DNA from: Phoronis australis | Lineage: Eukaryota; Animalia; Phoronida | Length of the DNA stretch: 64,000 nucleotides | Direction of reading: 5' to 3' | Assembly: GCA_002633005.1 (NCBI GenBank) | Contig: NMRA01000718.1 | Span: 41,289-105,288, forward strand | Shown here: in pieces, positions 41,406 through 54,039 of the stretch | Layout of the letters: each line of letters opens with the position of its first letter | Position numbering within the stretch: position 1 is the stretch's first letter | Made by a program: the position numbers and the translations under genes | The notes under the pieces: model-generated | What the model saw: only the letters and a program-made list of their open reading frames with translations | The model's database searches: none | What the model was told of the DNA's origin: nothing

Positions 41406-41964
41406 GTGAGCAGAACTTACTTTCATGTCACAAGACCCGTATGTGTAACGTGAATTGTTAGACTGTAGATCAATAGACAACAGGGAGGGAGGCAATTACT
41501 AAAATATAAAACAAGAACGTAAGTTCATTTTACGCCAATCCATTAGGATGCTAAGAACAGTTCCCCCAGGGTTTTGCCTGGCGCTGCACGCGTCACTGGA
41601 CTTGTTGCTATGAACAAAATCAAAAGTTGTGAGTCGTTCCACATCAAAACTGCTAGTCTAGACAAGGCCATAAAATCTTAATTCTGTCTCACTTTTTTAA
41701 CGTTCACTTTCACCAAAAATAGAAGCGTGACTATGAGAAAAAGGTGGACAAACGCAAATTTGAATCTTCAGCCCCAAACCACCACTTCCTTTCCGATGCT
41801 GAACATAAGCCAACACCAGATTGTGAACATAAATTTCCTTTCAAAAGCTTATTCAGTCACCTGTTGTTAAGTGACCTTTTGATGTGCAGATGTCCATGTG
41901 GGAACCTCAGTGAAAACCTCGTGGTTTTGACAGTCGAATAATGGAGCGGCAAATGAGCGCGTTA

Positions 41965-42131
41965 TATGGGCGGCACACCATAGGGGGCTGGGGAAGGGGG
42001 CTGGGGGCGGAGGGTGGGGCTACAGCCCCACTTTTTCAATGCTGCGCCGCCCATGGTCTATCGGCGGTACACCACAGGGCGGCTGGGAGTTATAGCTCCC
42101 CACGTTTTTCAATTCAGTTATGCGCCACCCT
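41965..42131 (-). mobile_element. Tandem pair of short GC-rich MITEs (same family as 5077-5230)
   Basis: ATGGGCGGCACACC..GGGGCT..TTCAATGCTGCGCCGCCCATG followed by a second, more decayed copy. Confidence 0.65.
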
Positions 42132-42660
42132 TGCGTTATCGTTTTGCATGATTCCGAATACACAATTAGACTACAGTACTGGCTTATTTAGTTGCAAATC
42201 GTTTAACGCTGAACCCGTGACACAATTCGTGGTTATTCAAAGCCTATCTTGAATGATGGCACCTGTACATTTGGTTCCTACTGTATGTCAGTAGCATCAC
42301 TCTGAGTCCACTAATGCCATAAATTGCCAAATGTAACAAACTGTTAGGCGTATTGGCTTGCTTTTGTCTACGTCACCCCGGGAATCAACTTTTAATTCAA
42401 ACAGGTAAGAATAACACCCGCACGCAATAGTTTTCTTTTCAGACCCCTATTCAATACAACTGTTATCGGTCTTTTGCAGTTTGTGCTGGGGTCTCGCGGT
42501 GACGCAACATGGCACGGAAAGTCAGCTTCATTTATCATTTGACGGGCTTACACTTGTGTGATTGAACTCGCGTTTTCTTATTTTACTAAGGCTTTGCTAG
42601 GATTACCTGGTTAGCCCAGTACATCTAAAACAACAAAATTCCGTTGAAGTCAGGCTTTAA

Positions 42661-44187
42661 AGGCGAAAGCAACCCTTTTCATGTCATTTTTAGCAAAAAT
42701 AAGATTATTTGATTATTTCAGGCATATTTTTTACTTAATTACAACTTTTCGTAATTTAATTAATTAGTCTTCCATTACTACGGAAGCGACGTTTTGGCAG
42801 GCAAGAATTCCGCGCCAATTTGGTTCTGCGTTGAGTTTACTTTGAGGATCTGTACTACTTTTGTTTTCGTGCTGTTTTTCTAAAATTGTCCCATCGGCGA
42901 GTATTCTACGACAAGCTAGGTTGTTAGAGAACTCAATTACGTCAGATTTAGGAATTGTCTAGTTTGTAGTAACCTGAAAATGGCTGAAGTCGGTGACCCA
43001 TATCACAGTTACAATAGTGACGTGAGTAAAGGGACATTGTTCTTAGCAGTGTTGACGAGGAAATTTTTCACGGACACTCAATGGGTGGGCATATGTTGAG
43101 CCCGAGTATAATGAGGCAGAGTACACACAGGCACAACTGTCCCACTTGATGGTGACCTGAGCACCCAAACTGCTTACATAATACCGCCGTGTGACTCCCC
43201 TCACCACACACCTGGCTTCAATAGTTTTAGACAAGTCCACAATAAACTTATCAAAGTTTAGCTCACCGATGTGATGACTGGACGACGAACTCAGTGTCCT
43301 CTTCACTGAGTGTCGAACTGAGCTTCTGTTCTCTCCTATTACTCAACATCGCCGCAGGGCTGCTTACAGGCTCTGGGCAAGAGACAACAGCACAGGGCGA
43401 ATTACTGCTAGTTCCCGGAATTGTACATTCGGAGGCACAGGTGATAGTAGATGAAGTGCCTACAGTCACTGTAGTCACTGCAGTCACTGCAGTGACTGCA
43501 GTGACTGCAGTGACTGCAGTGACTGCAGTCACTGCAGTCACTGCAGTCACTGCAGTCACTGTAGTGGCCACAGCTCGCGAAGCTTGTCGTTTCAAAAACG
43601 CACTTGTCGGGGGTGGCTAGGGGGCACTGCCTTGAGCCAAAAGCGACGGTATGGCACCCTTCTACAGGCGTTGTTTCGCAGGGACCTTCATCAGTTCAGA
43701 GTACATATCTCTTTCGCAATCTGACGGCAGAAAATGCTTGCCACACACTCCGTAACCCTCCACTGCTTTGTACGTTGCGTGGACGGGTAACGCTGCGTTC
43801 TTCACACGAACGAGACAAGTACGGCGAAGTGTGTCATCCTCTCGGAAAGCTATTCAAAGGTACTCCCGAAGCGCGCGTGAGACGATAATTAGTACACCCC
43901 AGTACGCAGCAACAGTGTGGCATGTTGATTGACTCGTAAACAAAAGCAAACGACGACCGAACTTACCACAACCGAGGTAGAACAATGACTGACTCGACAG
44001 CTCTCGCAGTCGGGCTATATGAAAAGAAAAAAGCGCGAAGTTCTTGTCTCCAAAAACGTCTCTTCCGGAGTAGAGGCCGAGTAATTAATTAAATCACAAA
44101 AAGCTGTAATTAAATGAAAAATGTGTGTGGGATAATCCACGACCCTTTTTTTGCTAAATATGACATGAAAAAAGGTTGCCTTCGCCT
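42661..44187 (-). mobile_element. Kolobok-type non-autonomous DNA transposon (copy 2) with THAP/transposase N-terminal pseudogene
   Basis: TTAA|AGGCGAAAGCAACC...GGTTGCCTTCGCCT|TTAA. From ATG 43923: MPHCCCVLGCTNYRLTRASGVPLNSFPR/..VCGKHFLPSD..GAIPSL, a (VTA)n linker, then DKFIVDLSK..GAQVTIKWDSC; frameshifts and stops; no DDE core. Confidence 0.9.
43461..43565. repeat. Self-complementary 9-bp minisatellite CAGT(C/G)ACTG x ~11
   Basis: CAGTCACTG and CAGTGACTG are reverse complements of each other; both strands translate as VTAVTA. Confidence 0.95.
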
Positions 44188-44411
44188 TTAAGGGCTACCT
44201 GAAATTGCACCCGATTTCTCAGTCGCCACGTAGAAACGCAACAATTATTTTAGGAGGCCGCCATTTTGAAGGAAAGTGTAACTATCTACACACAAACTAA
44301 AAGTGACTTTTCTTAACTTGTTCACACATACAACAACAAAACACAACAAACAGATTCACCGATCTTACTAGTAATGCCTGCCTCAAAGCGACTGCCAAAC
44401 CTGCCTCCCGT

Positions 44412-44546
44412 CCAGTAGCGCTAGGACCTCGTTAAAATGCAAGATTTCGCGAGATCATGTGAAATATTGCCGTGTAGATTAAGTGAGAACACGTGACTTT
44501 AGATAGATTTTAGCTAGGTCCTAGCGTAGGTCCTAGCGTTACTGAA
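44412..44546. repeat. Small MITE-like inverted-repeat element
   Basis: CAGTAGCGCTAGGACCT at the left and AGGTCCTAGCGTTACTG at the right, with a local duplication of TAGGTCCTAGCG. Confidence 0.55.
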
Positions 44547-47500
44547 TGCACGCCCGGTCTATCGCAAATGTTTGATTTCTATCATGTGGCTACAGTCTAA
44601 CTGTACAGCGACACTTTCATTCAGTTGAAAGCAATCAAAGTCGAATTCAACGCAGTCTCTCATTGGCTCATTGAATTGATGAAGTGAGTAGTGCCGAAAA
44701 GCAAGCGGCCGTGACATCTACAAGGAGAGATATGTTTCTAACTTTATTATTACCCCTGTGTGAAAGCGTGTGTTGAAGGTGATCGCGAAACTAATCGGCG
44801 ATTTTCCCACCACAAGCGAAAACGTTTATTTCCAAATTAACAACAACAAAGGGCAATTGTAACCCCTTATTATGAGTAATACGTCCACTCAGGATATTGT
44901 TTGACCATATACTATAGTACACGGAACGCCAACTCCGTATATTTTCAATGGACGAAATACATGTAAGTGATCTTTAAGCCGTGACGTCATTATTCACTAC
45001 GGACACCTAGCAGATACAGTACGCATTACTTCTGGGAAGTACGTCGTCTGCTAATCCTGGTCATTTCGTCGCAATTTGGATCGGCGATATTGCCCAACTC
45101 ACATCCGTGTTTAAATAAATTGAGTGCTCGTAAAATGTTAACTTCTTAAATAAAGCTCATGTTAATACTCCAGAAATAGCCACCAGACCTACTTAAGAAC
45201 CAATTTCGCACTTCAACATCAGTTTCCTTGACCTTTCATTTTAGGCTCGAATGCACGCCGGTGCCGCTCAAAATTTCTATACTCTGTTGTTGGAAGACCT
45301 GGAACGACGTTTCAATGCCAAAAATATATTTTTCGTGTACTAGACAGTGAAAAAGATGGAAGCCACCGAAAGCTGAGCTTGCTATGTTTAGAGGGTGACG
45401 CCTTCTTTAGGGTATTTCGCAAGAAAATGTCGGAGTTGCGAATCTGTTGTCTATAATCTATGGTTTGACTAGTGTGCTGTGGTATTGCTCGATGAAAATG
45501 TTCAATACTTGATCCATAACTGTTGTCTGCATTAGACGATTAATTCAGACATGAGCAATGGCGTCAGGCGATGTTACCACGTGACACGAGGTATCCGGAA
45601 AGGAGCGTACGTAACTTGGGTGTGCCTGTTTCAAGTAAATTTCACCTGAAGGGCGTCATTTTTGCCCGTATGCACGTACGCGAGGTTGTGCGTTTAGGTT
45701 ATAGCTTTGATCATAAGGTGTACACCTGTATATATGAGATGTACAACCAAAGCCGCTCTTTAATCACCTAAGGAAAACCCGGCCCCAACATAGGGCCCAA
45801 ACTCTTGAAGAAAATGTTTACTGAGAGACCAAACAGATTTGACAAAGTTTACTTTATTAGAGTCATGTTTTAACGGTTGTTCAACATGAAAGAGAAGGAT
45901 TTTGGTGTCTCTCAGTCTTAGAGACTTTTTCAAAAGCCCATGCGGCTCAACAGGAGAGTCCACGTTTCTGCCAGCTGTCCGCACAGGAGTTTCGTAATTT
46001 CGAAATTGTCATCAGAATTCATAGGGTAGGCGTGACGTAATGCCTTCGAGAGGAGGGGCACTGGTAATTCCACATCAGTTTTCTATCTGTGTAATTCACT
46101 ATTTTAGTGCAACACATTTGTTCTTTGAATGGGTCGCACAGACGAAAGTTAACGCAAATAGGATCTTTTCGGATTGTCTTATCAGCATCTATTCTGAAAT
46201 TAATGTTGCGTTGGATGATTTGAGATTTGTATATCTCCGCACCTTTGGGCTGGAAATATTAGTGTACGCTCTGGTTTCGCACGCGCGGTAGTAGTAAGCT
46301 TCGTTGGCTGGTTCCATTCTGTTTGGATCATGTACCGACTTTGGTAAATGCATTGCAGATATCTCAAAAATCTCTGAACCGGAAATGGTCAAGTAGGCTC
46401 GCATGCCGGAAGTTTTAAAAATGTGGGAAGTCAGCAGGATACCCCTAGTGAGGAGTGACATTATCCGAACAATTTAGCGGATTCGTGCATTAACATTATA
46501 TAGCGTTGCAGCACATGCACTATAGTTTACGCCTAACCCGATTTATTCGGCCACTGAATTTAAGAGTAAGCTACAGGCGATATAGCCTCGTTCCTTACCG
46601 CCAGAGGGACACAGTTGTCTCTGAGAATGAGAATTAATCTGTGGGAGCATGTAGTAGTTGTAATTATTAATTGACAAGAACGATAAAAAATATTGCAGGT
46701 CTTCACGACCCCTTAATGAAATGTAGTCGGTAAACTGATTGAGATGAGTATTGGCTAAATGTAATGAAGCTTTATATCGGGAAACAATTGACGGAACATA
46801 TGGCGAGTTCTAGCAAAGTAAATGATTTCTTTCAGTAATATTGGCGCTTTGCCATTTCGCTGTAGAACACGATAATTAGTACATGCGTGTAGCTGTCGTC
46901 ATGTTTTTCCACATGTAATTTCCCCTTGTATTTACATGGAGGACGTCTGTTGTTAACTCACGAGTGAGATGACTACACGACAAGTCTTTATTTCTAAGAG
47001 AATGTTGTACTTTCTAAAAAGTTAAACAAAATGCCAAGCTCTGTCATGGCGCGGTGTCCCGTTTGACTCTTTTTACGGCATAACCTGGTTATTTTCCATC
47101 TCATAATTCATGAATTATACCTCACAATTCCACGGTCAAACCCCAATCAGTCAATTAGTCGCCTCCATCTTGCTAGGTTATGCTAGTACAACCTCGAACT
47201 TACAGTGTCCTGACGTACAGTGTAACACGCCTTTGAAATGCACTCGCATGAGTTTGCCTGATCTTGCTTTTCGCGCAGGAGACTCGATCTAGTGAATGCA
47301 TCGCTGTTCTTTTCACCTGTTCTTTGTGATATTTTGATCAACCAAATTTTATTTTAACTAAAGATTCAGTTTTAATTTAGGAAGGATTCTCACAGGCTTT
47401 GCACATTTCTAAGTAGCATTCAGTCATTTTTAGGAAATAGTGGTGTGGATTCTAACCCTATTTATTACTTTTAAGTAATTTGACTTAAAACTTAAAAGTT

Positions 47501-47996
47501 TTAAGTCAAATTTCATGAAACTGATCCCAGAACAGATTGTTGCCACATGAAATTTTAGTAAAATCGTACATTGCTTGAATTCTGAGTTTCACGGAGAAAA
47601 ACTATTTTAAAAGTTAAAAAGTTGTGACTTATATTGCTCATTGAAGAATTTATAAGGAATGTGATTGATTTCAGGCACCTCAAAAACAACAGAATTGAAG
47701 TCCTTGCACCGTTTACGTTTGAAGCTCTACATTCAGTGGAAACCTTGTAAGTTTGTAAAACGGTATACATCGACATTAATTTTGATCTAATAGTTCATTA
47801 AGTCATGTCGTCACTTTTGTCGATGCTCGTTAACATATTTGAAAGCGAAGGAAAATTCCTACTTGTCGAAGTTCGGCTCGCTTAATATCTAAATCGGCGT
47901 TTGTAGGTACCGCTGTAGCTTCATTCATGTCTTTCATGTTTGAGAAATTAACCTCTCCGAGTCTTCATGATTGATATTCTAATCACCGGTTTATAG

Positions 47997-48068
47997 AGAT
48001 CTCAGGAATAACAGTATTCGAAGACTTGAGGGCCACGTATTCTATGGCATGACTGAGGTTCACACTAT
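47997..48068 (+). CDS. LRR protein, coding exon C (canonical 72-bp LRR exon)
   Basis: TTTATAG|A GAT CTC AGG AAT AAC AGT ATT...ACT AT|GTAAGT; reads (V)DLRNNSIRRLEGHVFYGMTEVHT(I/M), fitting LxLxxNxIxxLxxxxFxxLxxLxxL; phase 2-2. Confidence 0.88.
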
Positions 48069-48588
48069 GTAAGTATTTGAACACACCTTCTGTCAGTTAA
48101 ACCATTTAGTGAAATTAAGTTCACATACTACTGAATCTGTGCCTGGGTGCATAGAACAGATCCAAATAGGCACTCAGCTATGTTCCTTAAATCTGCGTAT
48201 TTGTGGAATTGTGAAAGCACTAATTGCTCTTTCTTATGCTGTTTACGTTTTATTGCTAAGTGAATTTAACGTTAAAATATATCAAACGCGGTTGTGGCGT
48301 ACCAACTGATATTAAAAACGACTTTCCCATCCTTTCCCCAGAAACAAAATGATATTGTAACCATCGTCAACGCTCAAAAGCTTGGAGAACATTTTGAAAA
48401 CTCTGTACAAACCATGTTAAACGTGGAAGCTTGGCATACACGAGAACCGTGATATCTAATCTATGACACTGAGAGTACGAGTTTGTAGTTAAATCATGCT
48501 TTATCAGTCACGTGGGACGCCAGGGATCCTTTTAATTCTCAACATTATAGAGCATAAGCAGCTCGATCTAGCGACGTCCCTTATTTAA

Positions 48589-51500
48589 AGGAGAATGACA
48601 CCCCAAAACAACCTATTTTGTATCAATTTAGATCGAGTAGTTTTACTCGATAACAGCACGTTCGGTTGCGTTACCTAGCACCTGACGGCAGACGGAGGTG
48701 TTGAAATGGGCTATTCGGAGAATTCTCCTCGCGGTGTCGCTGCTGTACTAGTGGTGATTGAATAGCGCGTGCGTGGCTGTCTGCATGTAAACAACTGGTA
48801 AAAGATGGAATTTTTATCAAAATACGTCGTCACGCTAAGCCTTATTACCGCTAATTTCTCTGGCGCAAGTCTTCGACAGGTGGCCACAAATTCCCAAAAG
48901 ACTTAAAGTTACTATATTCGTGGACAACTGCGGTCAACAGGGTCAACTAACTGACAAAAAGTGTGTGGATGCTGAAGCCCCGTGTGTGCTCTATGTCTAT
49001 GACTATGCAGTTCCTTCGGGGACTACACAACATTACTTGGTAAGTTTTTAGCAATCAGTTTCTATCAACATCGTTCGGTGATGTTATCCCCACCAGTTAC
49101 CCCACTGAATAACAGTTTTATTGAGTGGAACTAAGTGTTTCTTTTTGGAAACTCACCCGATGCCGGGTAGGCTAGCAGCACATATTCATATTGTCCTGGG
49201 TGGGAGTGCTCCCAAAATAAGAGGTGTATGGTACGTGATGCACGGAAGTCAAGAGTGACTTTTTCACAGCAGTTTCTCTTCAAAACTATGCTTGCTGTTT
49301 CCAATAAAATTCTCTAGATGAGTGAGTTTCCTTATTTTATCGTGGACCCCACCCCCAGGAACACCAGCTCAGTTATCGAATTAACATGAATAAGTCTTAA
49401 TTCAGTAAATGTCGTAACATTGCATTGGAAAAAATTGACACCTAGAATGAATTTTAATTGTTGGGATCAGAAGCACATTTTAAGTGTCATGAAAAATACA
49501 CATTGTTAAATCACTTTTAGCCTGTTTCACATATTTTTATGCAGATATTAAATAAGACTTGGGTACAAAGGTTATTAGTTTCTACACATAAACATGAAGA
49601 TGAAATGTCAAGTATGTTCTGCCTTACAAAAGTAGTTTTGTCTTGTCTTTTCTTTTACAATTTGCTAATATTTCTATTCTGTTACAGGCAAGAAAAAACA
49701 ACTGAAACCAACCGCCTGACCATCTATTTCACCGTTGGACAAAGTGAAAAGCAATCCTTCAGCAATAACCTGAGAGAATTGAACGTAATTCAGAAATTCA
49801 GCACCTGATATGCCTGATTATGGACTCCCTCGCAATGTTGTTTCTTTCTGTGCTTTTTCAGTTTGCCATTTGTTTTTAAATACACTGATAATTGTTTATT
49901 CTCGAATCTTGTGCATAGCAGATTCTTATCCAGCTAGCTACAATTGAAAACATACAATAAGACAATCGATGCAGTCACTGAATGTCATTTCCCCATAATC
50001 TGTACCAAATTGAAAAGTTTTTACCAATAGTATAAAGCCTTTCTTCTGAAAGGAAAATTTAATGTCACTCAGCTTTTGGCTTTCATTTCACTGGGTTCTA
50101 GTTTCAATGGCCTATAGAAGCGCTTGTAAAAAAGGTCCAGTTTCAACACGTGGCTTTCTTTCATGTAACCTCATTCAGCCTCAATAACATCCACAATTAG
50201 ACCCTTGAAGGTAAACACAGCAGCATATCACTTGAATCGTTTTGAGCCCAAAATCAGACTCTGAACTAGACCAGAGTGTGACTAGGTCTTCTTTAGCTTC
50301 AGTCCCTCATGTTTCTTCCAGGAAAGGAAATAAGCTATTGTCCACACATGACTCATTGCCTATGAAAGGGCATCCTCACCAACAAGGCTTATTTGTGTAG
50401 CAGTCAGATATAGTTCGTCTGGATACACAGACACTCCACTGGCACATTGTCTTATGGTAACTTAGTACTGCGATTCACATTTCTCCAGGGCCACTGACTT
50501 GCACATTGTGCCATGCAGCACTGCTGGTGTGTGGAAGTGCTGTGGGAAGAGAACGGAGTAACAAAGCTTGTCTATGATACAGCTTGAAGTGGCCTTAAAA
50601 TGTCACTGAACCTGGAACAAATATTGAAATATGAATAATTAAGTACTCCAGATTGGATCAAAAATGTTATCCCTGTTTTTCAAAAATATATGGTGATTGG
50701 TCTACAGTTTCACATAAAAGTAAATAATTACTATTTTCAGAAACCAAGGGTGTATATAATGAGTATTGCATAAAACTGTGTCTTTATTTTTTATCCCTAG
50801 CCATAACAATTCTTTAAACGCATCACTTGTCTGTAAAATATACAAGTTTTTTGAGACAACTTCAAACCTTTGTTACCCATTTTCAAGCCTTTTTAATTTT
50901 GATACTTTCAGCAATTTTAAACTCAGATTACAGGTTCATGGGTCTGTCAAGCATACTTCTAGCCTAAGGTTGAGGGAACCGTTTTTCTTCTAATAGAAGA
51001 TATGAAGACTTGGGTCATTTAAAAATGATGGATAATCTTTCTGTTGTTTAAGAGTAATTACAAATCGTAAGGCACCATCAAAAATGCAATTTTCACAAAA
51101 ATGGCAGTCATTTGAATTTATAACGACTTGCAACATTTCAAGGCATGAGTTAAGACTATTCAGTCACTGTGAATTCGGAAAATGTAATATATTTTCGTGG
51201 TTTTACAATTGATACAAGTAGCAAAACAGTTTCATGAAATCAACTTGAAGGGACTTCGTGAAGGTTAAGAATTACCTCACCATGCTCTTTTCCCCAAACA
51301 TGTATTACCTGTTATTTCCACACATTCAGTTGTACCAAATATTACAACCCCCCATGCCAATCCCCCCTCAGGACCTGAATAAGTAATTTAACAAAATGAC
51401 TTTAAAAATAGCTGTTCCTTTTCAAAGGCTTTGTTCGTTGTCTCCAATATTGAAAGTAGGCTTTGACAACAGATCTGCACTGGATGGGAAGATCTTGTTG

Positions 51501-53775
51501 GTTAGCTGCAGTCAAATGCTAAAAACCAATTTTTGTCCATTCAGGGACGGTGCAGAAGCGATGCATATCTCCTCTGCACGGTACAAGCCTTCAAACCTAA
51601 AAACCAAAGGTTACGTGAAAACTGACGTGATAGATTTCCATTTCAACGTGTAATAGATTTCCAGAAGACATATGATAGGGAGTAAACAAATAGTCTAATG
51701 CAATGGATATTTATCACTCACGTACCCTTTGCCATTGGGATTGGATTGTAATCTTAACTCATTAACCTGTATCGAGTTGACAGCATAAACATTCAGCATT
51801 GATTGATGTAACTGTCACTGATAAACTTTTAGAAATCATTCCAAACAATAATAATGCTTTGATGTACGAAAAGATCCCGATTGCTACGTCAAGTATCGTA
51901 TCACATATCACAACATACAAAGATTAACCAGACTCTGGCTGGCGACTGACTGCCGCGAAGTCGACATCGGCAAATGCCTCAGTTAACAGGCATCGGTAGA
52001 ATAATCATGGAATAATCGTTAAAATAATCACAAACCTTACCTTTGTATGAGGTCGTGCTTACTTCCTCTCACAGAAGCACCCTTTTTACGCAATCTCAGA
52101 TTCAGTTGGCACGGGTGCAAGCCATTTCACCATGTATTTAAAGGGCTCGCGAAATCGAGGCTGTTAATCTACCACCACTAGTACACGCACGCCCTCTAGT
52201 TATTGTAGATTTTCCGAATAGCCCCATTATCCGATGACGTCATTGGTTTCACACGCATTCTGTTCAGCAGTTCACCACACGGGTTACTGGTGTGAGCTTA
52301 TCGCCTGAATTCATCGTTTAACACCAATAAATCATCAAACTTCGATGTAAAACCCTTAAAAATACATAGAGCTGTTATAAAAATGTGCTATTTTTTATTT
52401 TGCTGTTAAGGATTTATTGGTATTTGGACACACCGTAGACTACAAAGTTCGGCAGGCCAATTTACCAAGGTAGCGTAGCAGGAGTTTGGGGTCTGTTCGG
52501 AGATAAATTCGAAATATTCTTCCGTGAAATACAGACAGGAGAACTTAGATCTGTGTTGTTTATACTTGTGATTTTTTGCGTTCTAAACACACAAACGCTT
52601 GTTATCCCGGCCAGTGGCTCGGAACCCGATCAGGCCCATCGCGGCCGCCGGGACTGGCACGAACATAAACCAGCTTGAGTTGGAAACTAAACCTCCAGTC
52701 ACGAAAAGTTTATAATAGTGAGCCAAAGAAATAATGTACACGTAATTATTTGTGTGAATTAGCCACGAAACTGAAAATCTACTTACTTGTCGGGGGCCGC
52801 GAAGTCCGGTTGCCCTTCCACAGACCGTCAGGGTAAAGGTTGTACAGTAACAATGATTTGAATAATGTATTTGTATTTCTAAATATAGATTTCCCTAACA
52901 TGTGACCATAGCATGTAAAATCGTATAATTTTTTCACAACAGCTTTCTGTCAGCAAACACTGAATTAGCATGCGCTCACACGGCTTCGGTGCCCTGTCAA
53001 TTACCTTTGTTGCCAGCATCAAAAGCCGGTAACGCAGTGGTTTATTCATTGCTGGCTTCTCAACATTTGCACTCACGAATACTGCAAAGGCGTTGCAAAT
53101 TGTATCTAATGAGACAGACGTTATTTCAGTTTTATATAAGCATTAGTTGGGATGAGAATAATTCATTTTGAAACAGAACGCAGAGTAATAAACGTCTATA
53201 TGCATGGCAACTCGCGCGGCGCCAATACCGACTTAGTCAAGAGCTCATCGGCGAAGACTTCGCGGGTCGGATCGTTGGGTTTCACAGGCTATCAGTTCGA
53301 ACCGGAATACACTGATCAAGAAATACAAGAGAGGCGCCGTGAACATGCACAGCCAACGGAAAGTATGGATAGTTCATTGGTAAGCCGGAATTCGTCAGAT
53401 AAATCACTGTCAACGAAATGCCGGCCACAGACACGGAGATGTTTTACGGCCTCATACTTGCTATTAACAGCATACCTTTCATTCTTCACTACCGCGTGCC
53501 ACTTCCTAAGCATTTAGAGCTCTCGAGGAAGCGAAAAAACGATATACCCGATTTCTTCGCAGCTGCATAGTTGGGACAAGTGGGAACGATGCACCGCAAT
53601 ATAGCGGCATTCACTCTGCAGACGAACCACTGACGTCGCTGCGTCGTTTCTCACCTTCCCTCATATGTTAACGGGACACCTCTCGACAAGGTGAGGTCCA
53701 TCCTATAATAGGCGATGTTGATATAGACTGATTAAGACGGTAAAAAAGACTAATTAAATCGGGTGGCATTCTCCT
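48589..53775 (-). mobile_element. Kolobok-type element (short TIRs) with convergent THAP and KolX-like remnants, hosting a nested element
   Basis: TTAA|AGGAGAATGACACCC ... GGGTGGCATTCTCCT|TTAA (14/15 match). Minus-strand THAP from 53610 (CIVPTCPNY..FFRF../..RKWHAVVKN..RVCGRHFVDSD); plus-strand GYQFEPEYTDQEI (~53290) resembles the KolX N-terminus. Pairing of the two ends is inferred. Confidence 0.65.
48708..52225 (+). mobile_element. Degenerate ISL2EU-like DNA transposon (THAP ORF on +; intron-containing SAP/YqaJ-like ORF on -)
   Basis: AT|GGGCTATTCGGA..TGTACTAGTGGTG and CACCACTAGTACA..TCCGAATAGCCCC|AT. Plus strand HKFPKDLK..SWTTAVNR..RVCS (~48885-48992). Minus strand SAP-like QLNLRLRKKGASVRGSKHDLIQR|GTAAG (~52110-52041) and YqaJ-like tail VFTFKGLIVDVI..LKLDLFYKRFYRP (~50220-50110). 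Confidence 0.7.
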
Positions 53776-54039
53776 TTAAGGACTAAGTTCATATTTACTT
53801 TCATTGAAATAAAGGTTCAGTTACAATATTAGAAACTTATAAGAAACTCATACTCAAGATAAGGTGATTAAAAAAACGGCAAAACGGCAGAAGATTTATG
53901 TGCCTTTGTAGAGTCCCCTTTTGAGTCTGTTTCATGAAACTGGTCACGGAACTCCAAGTACACCCGTGGGCTCTTGCCACACACAGTTTTTAGTGTAAGT
54001 GATCGAACTCAGCTTCTAGAGTCCTTAACACAATTCCCA

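Noticed and set aside
43263-43620. Antifreeze- or mucin-like (VTA)n host protein
   Set aside because: Lies inside a pseudogenised Kolobok transposase; explained by a palindromic minisatellite.
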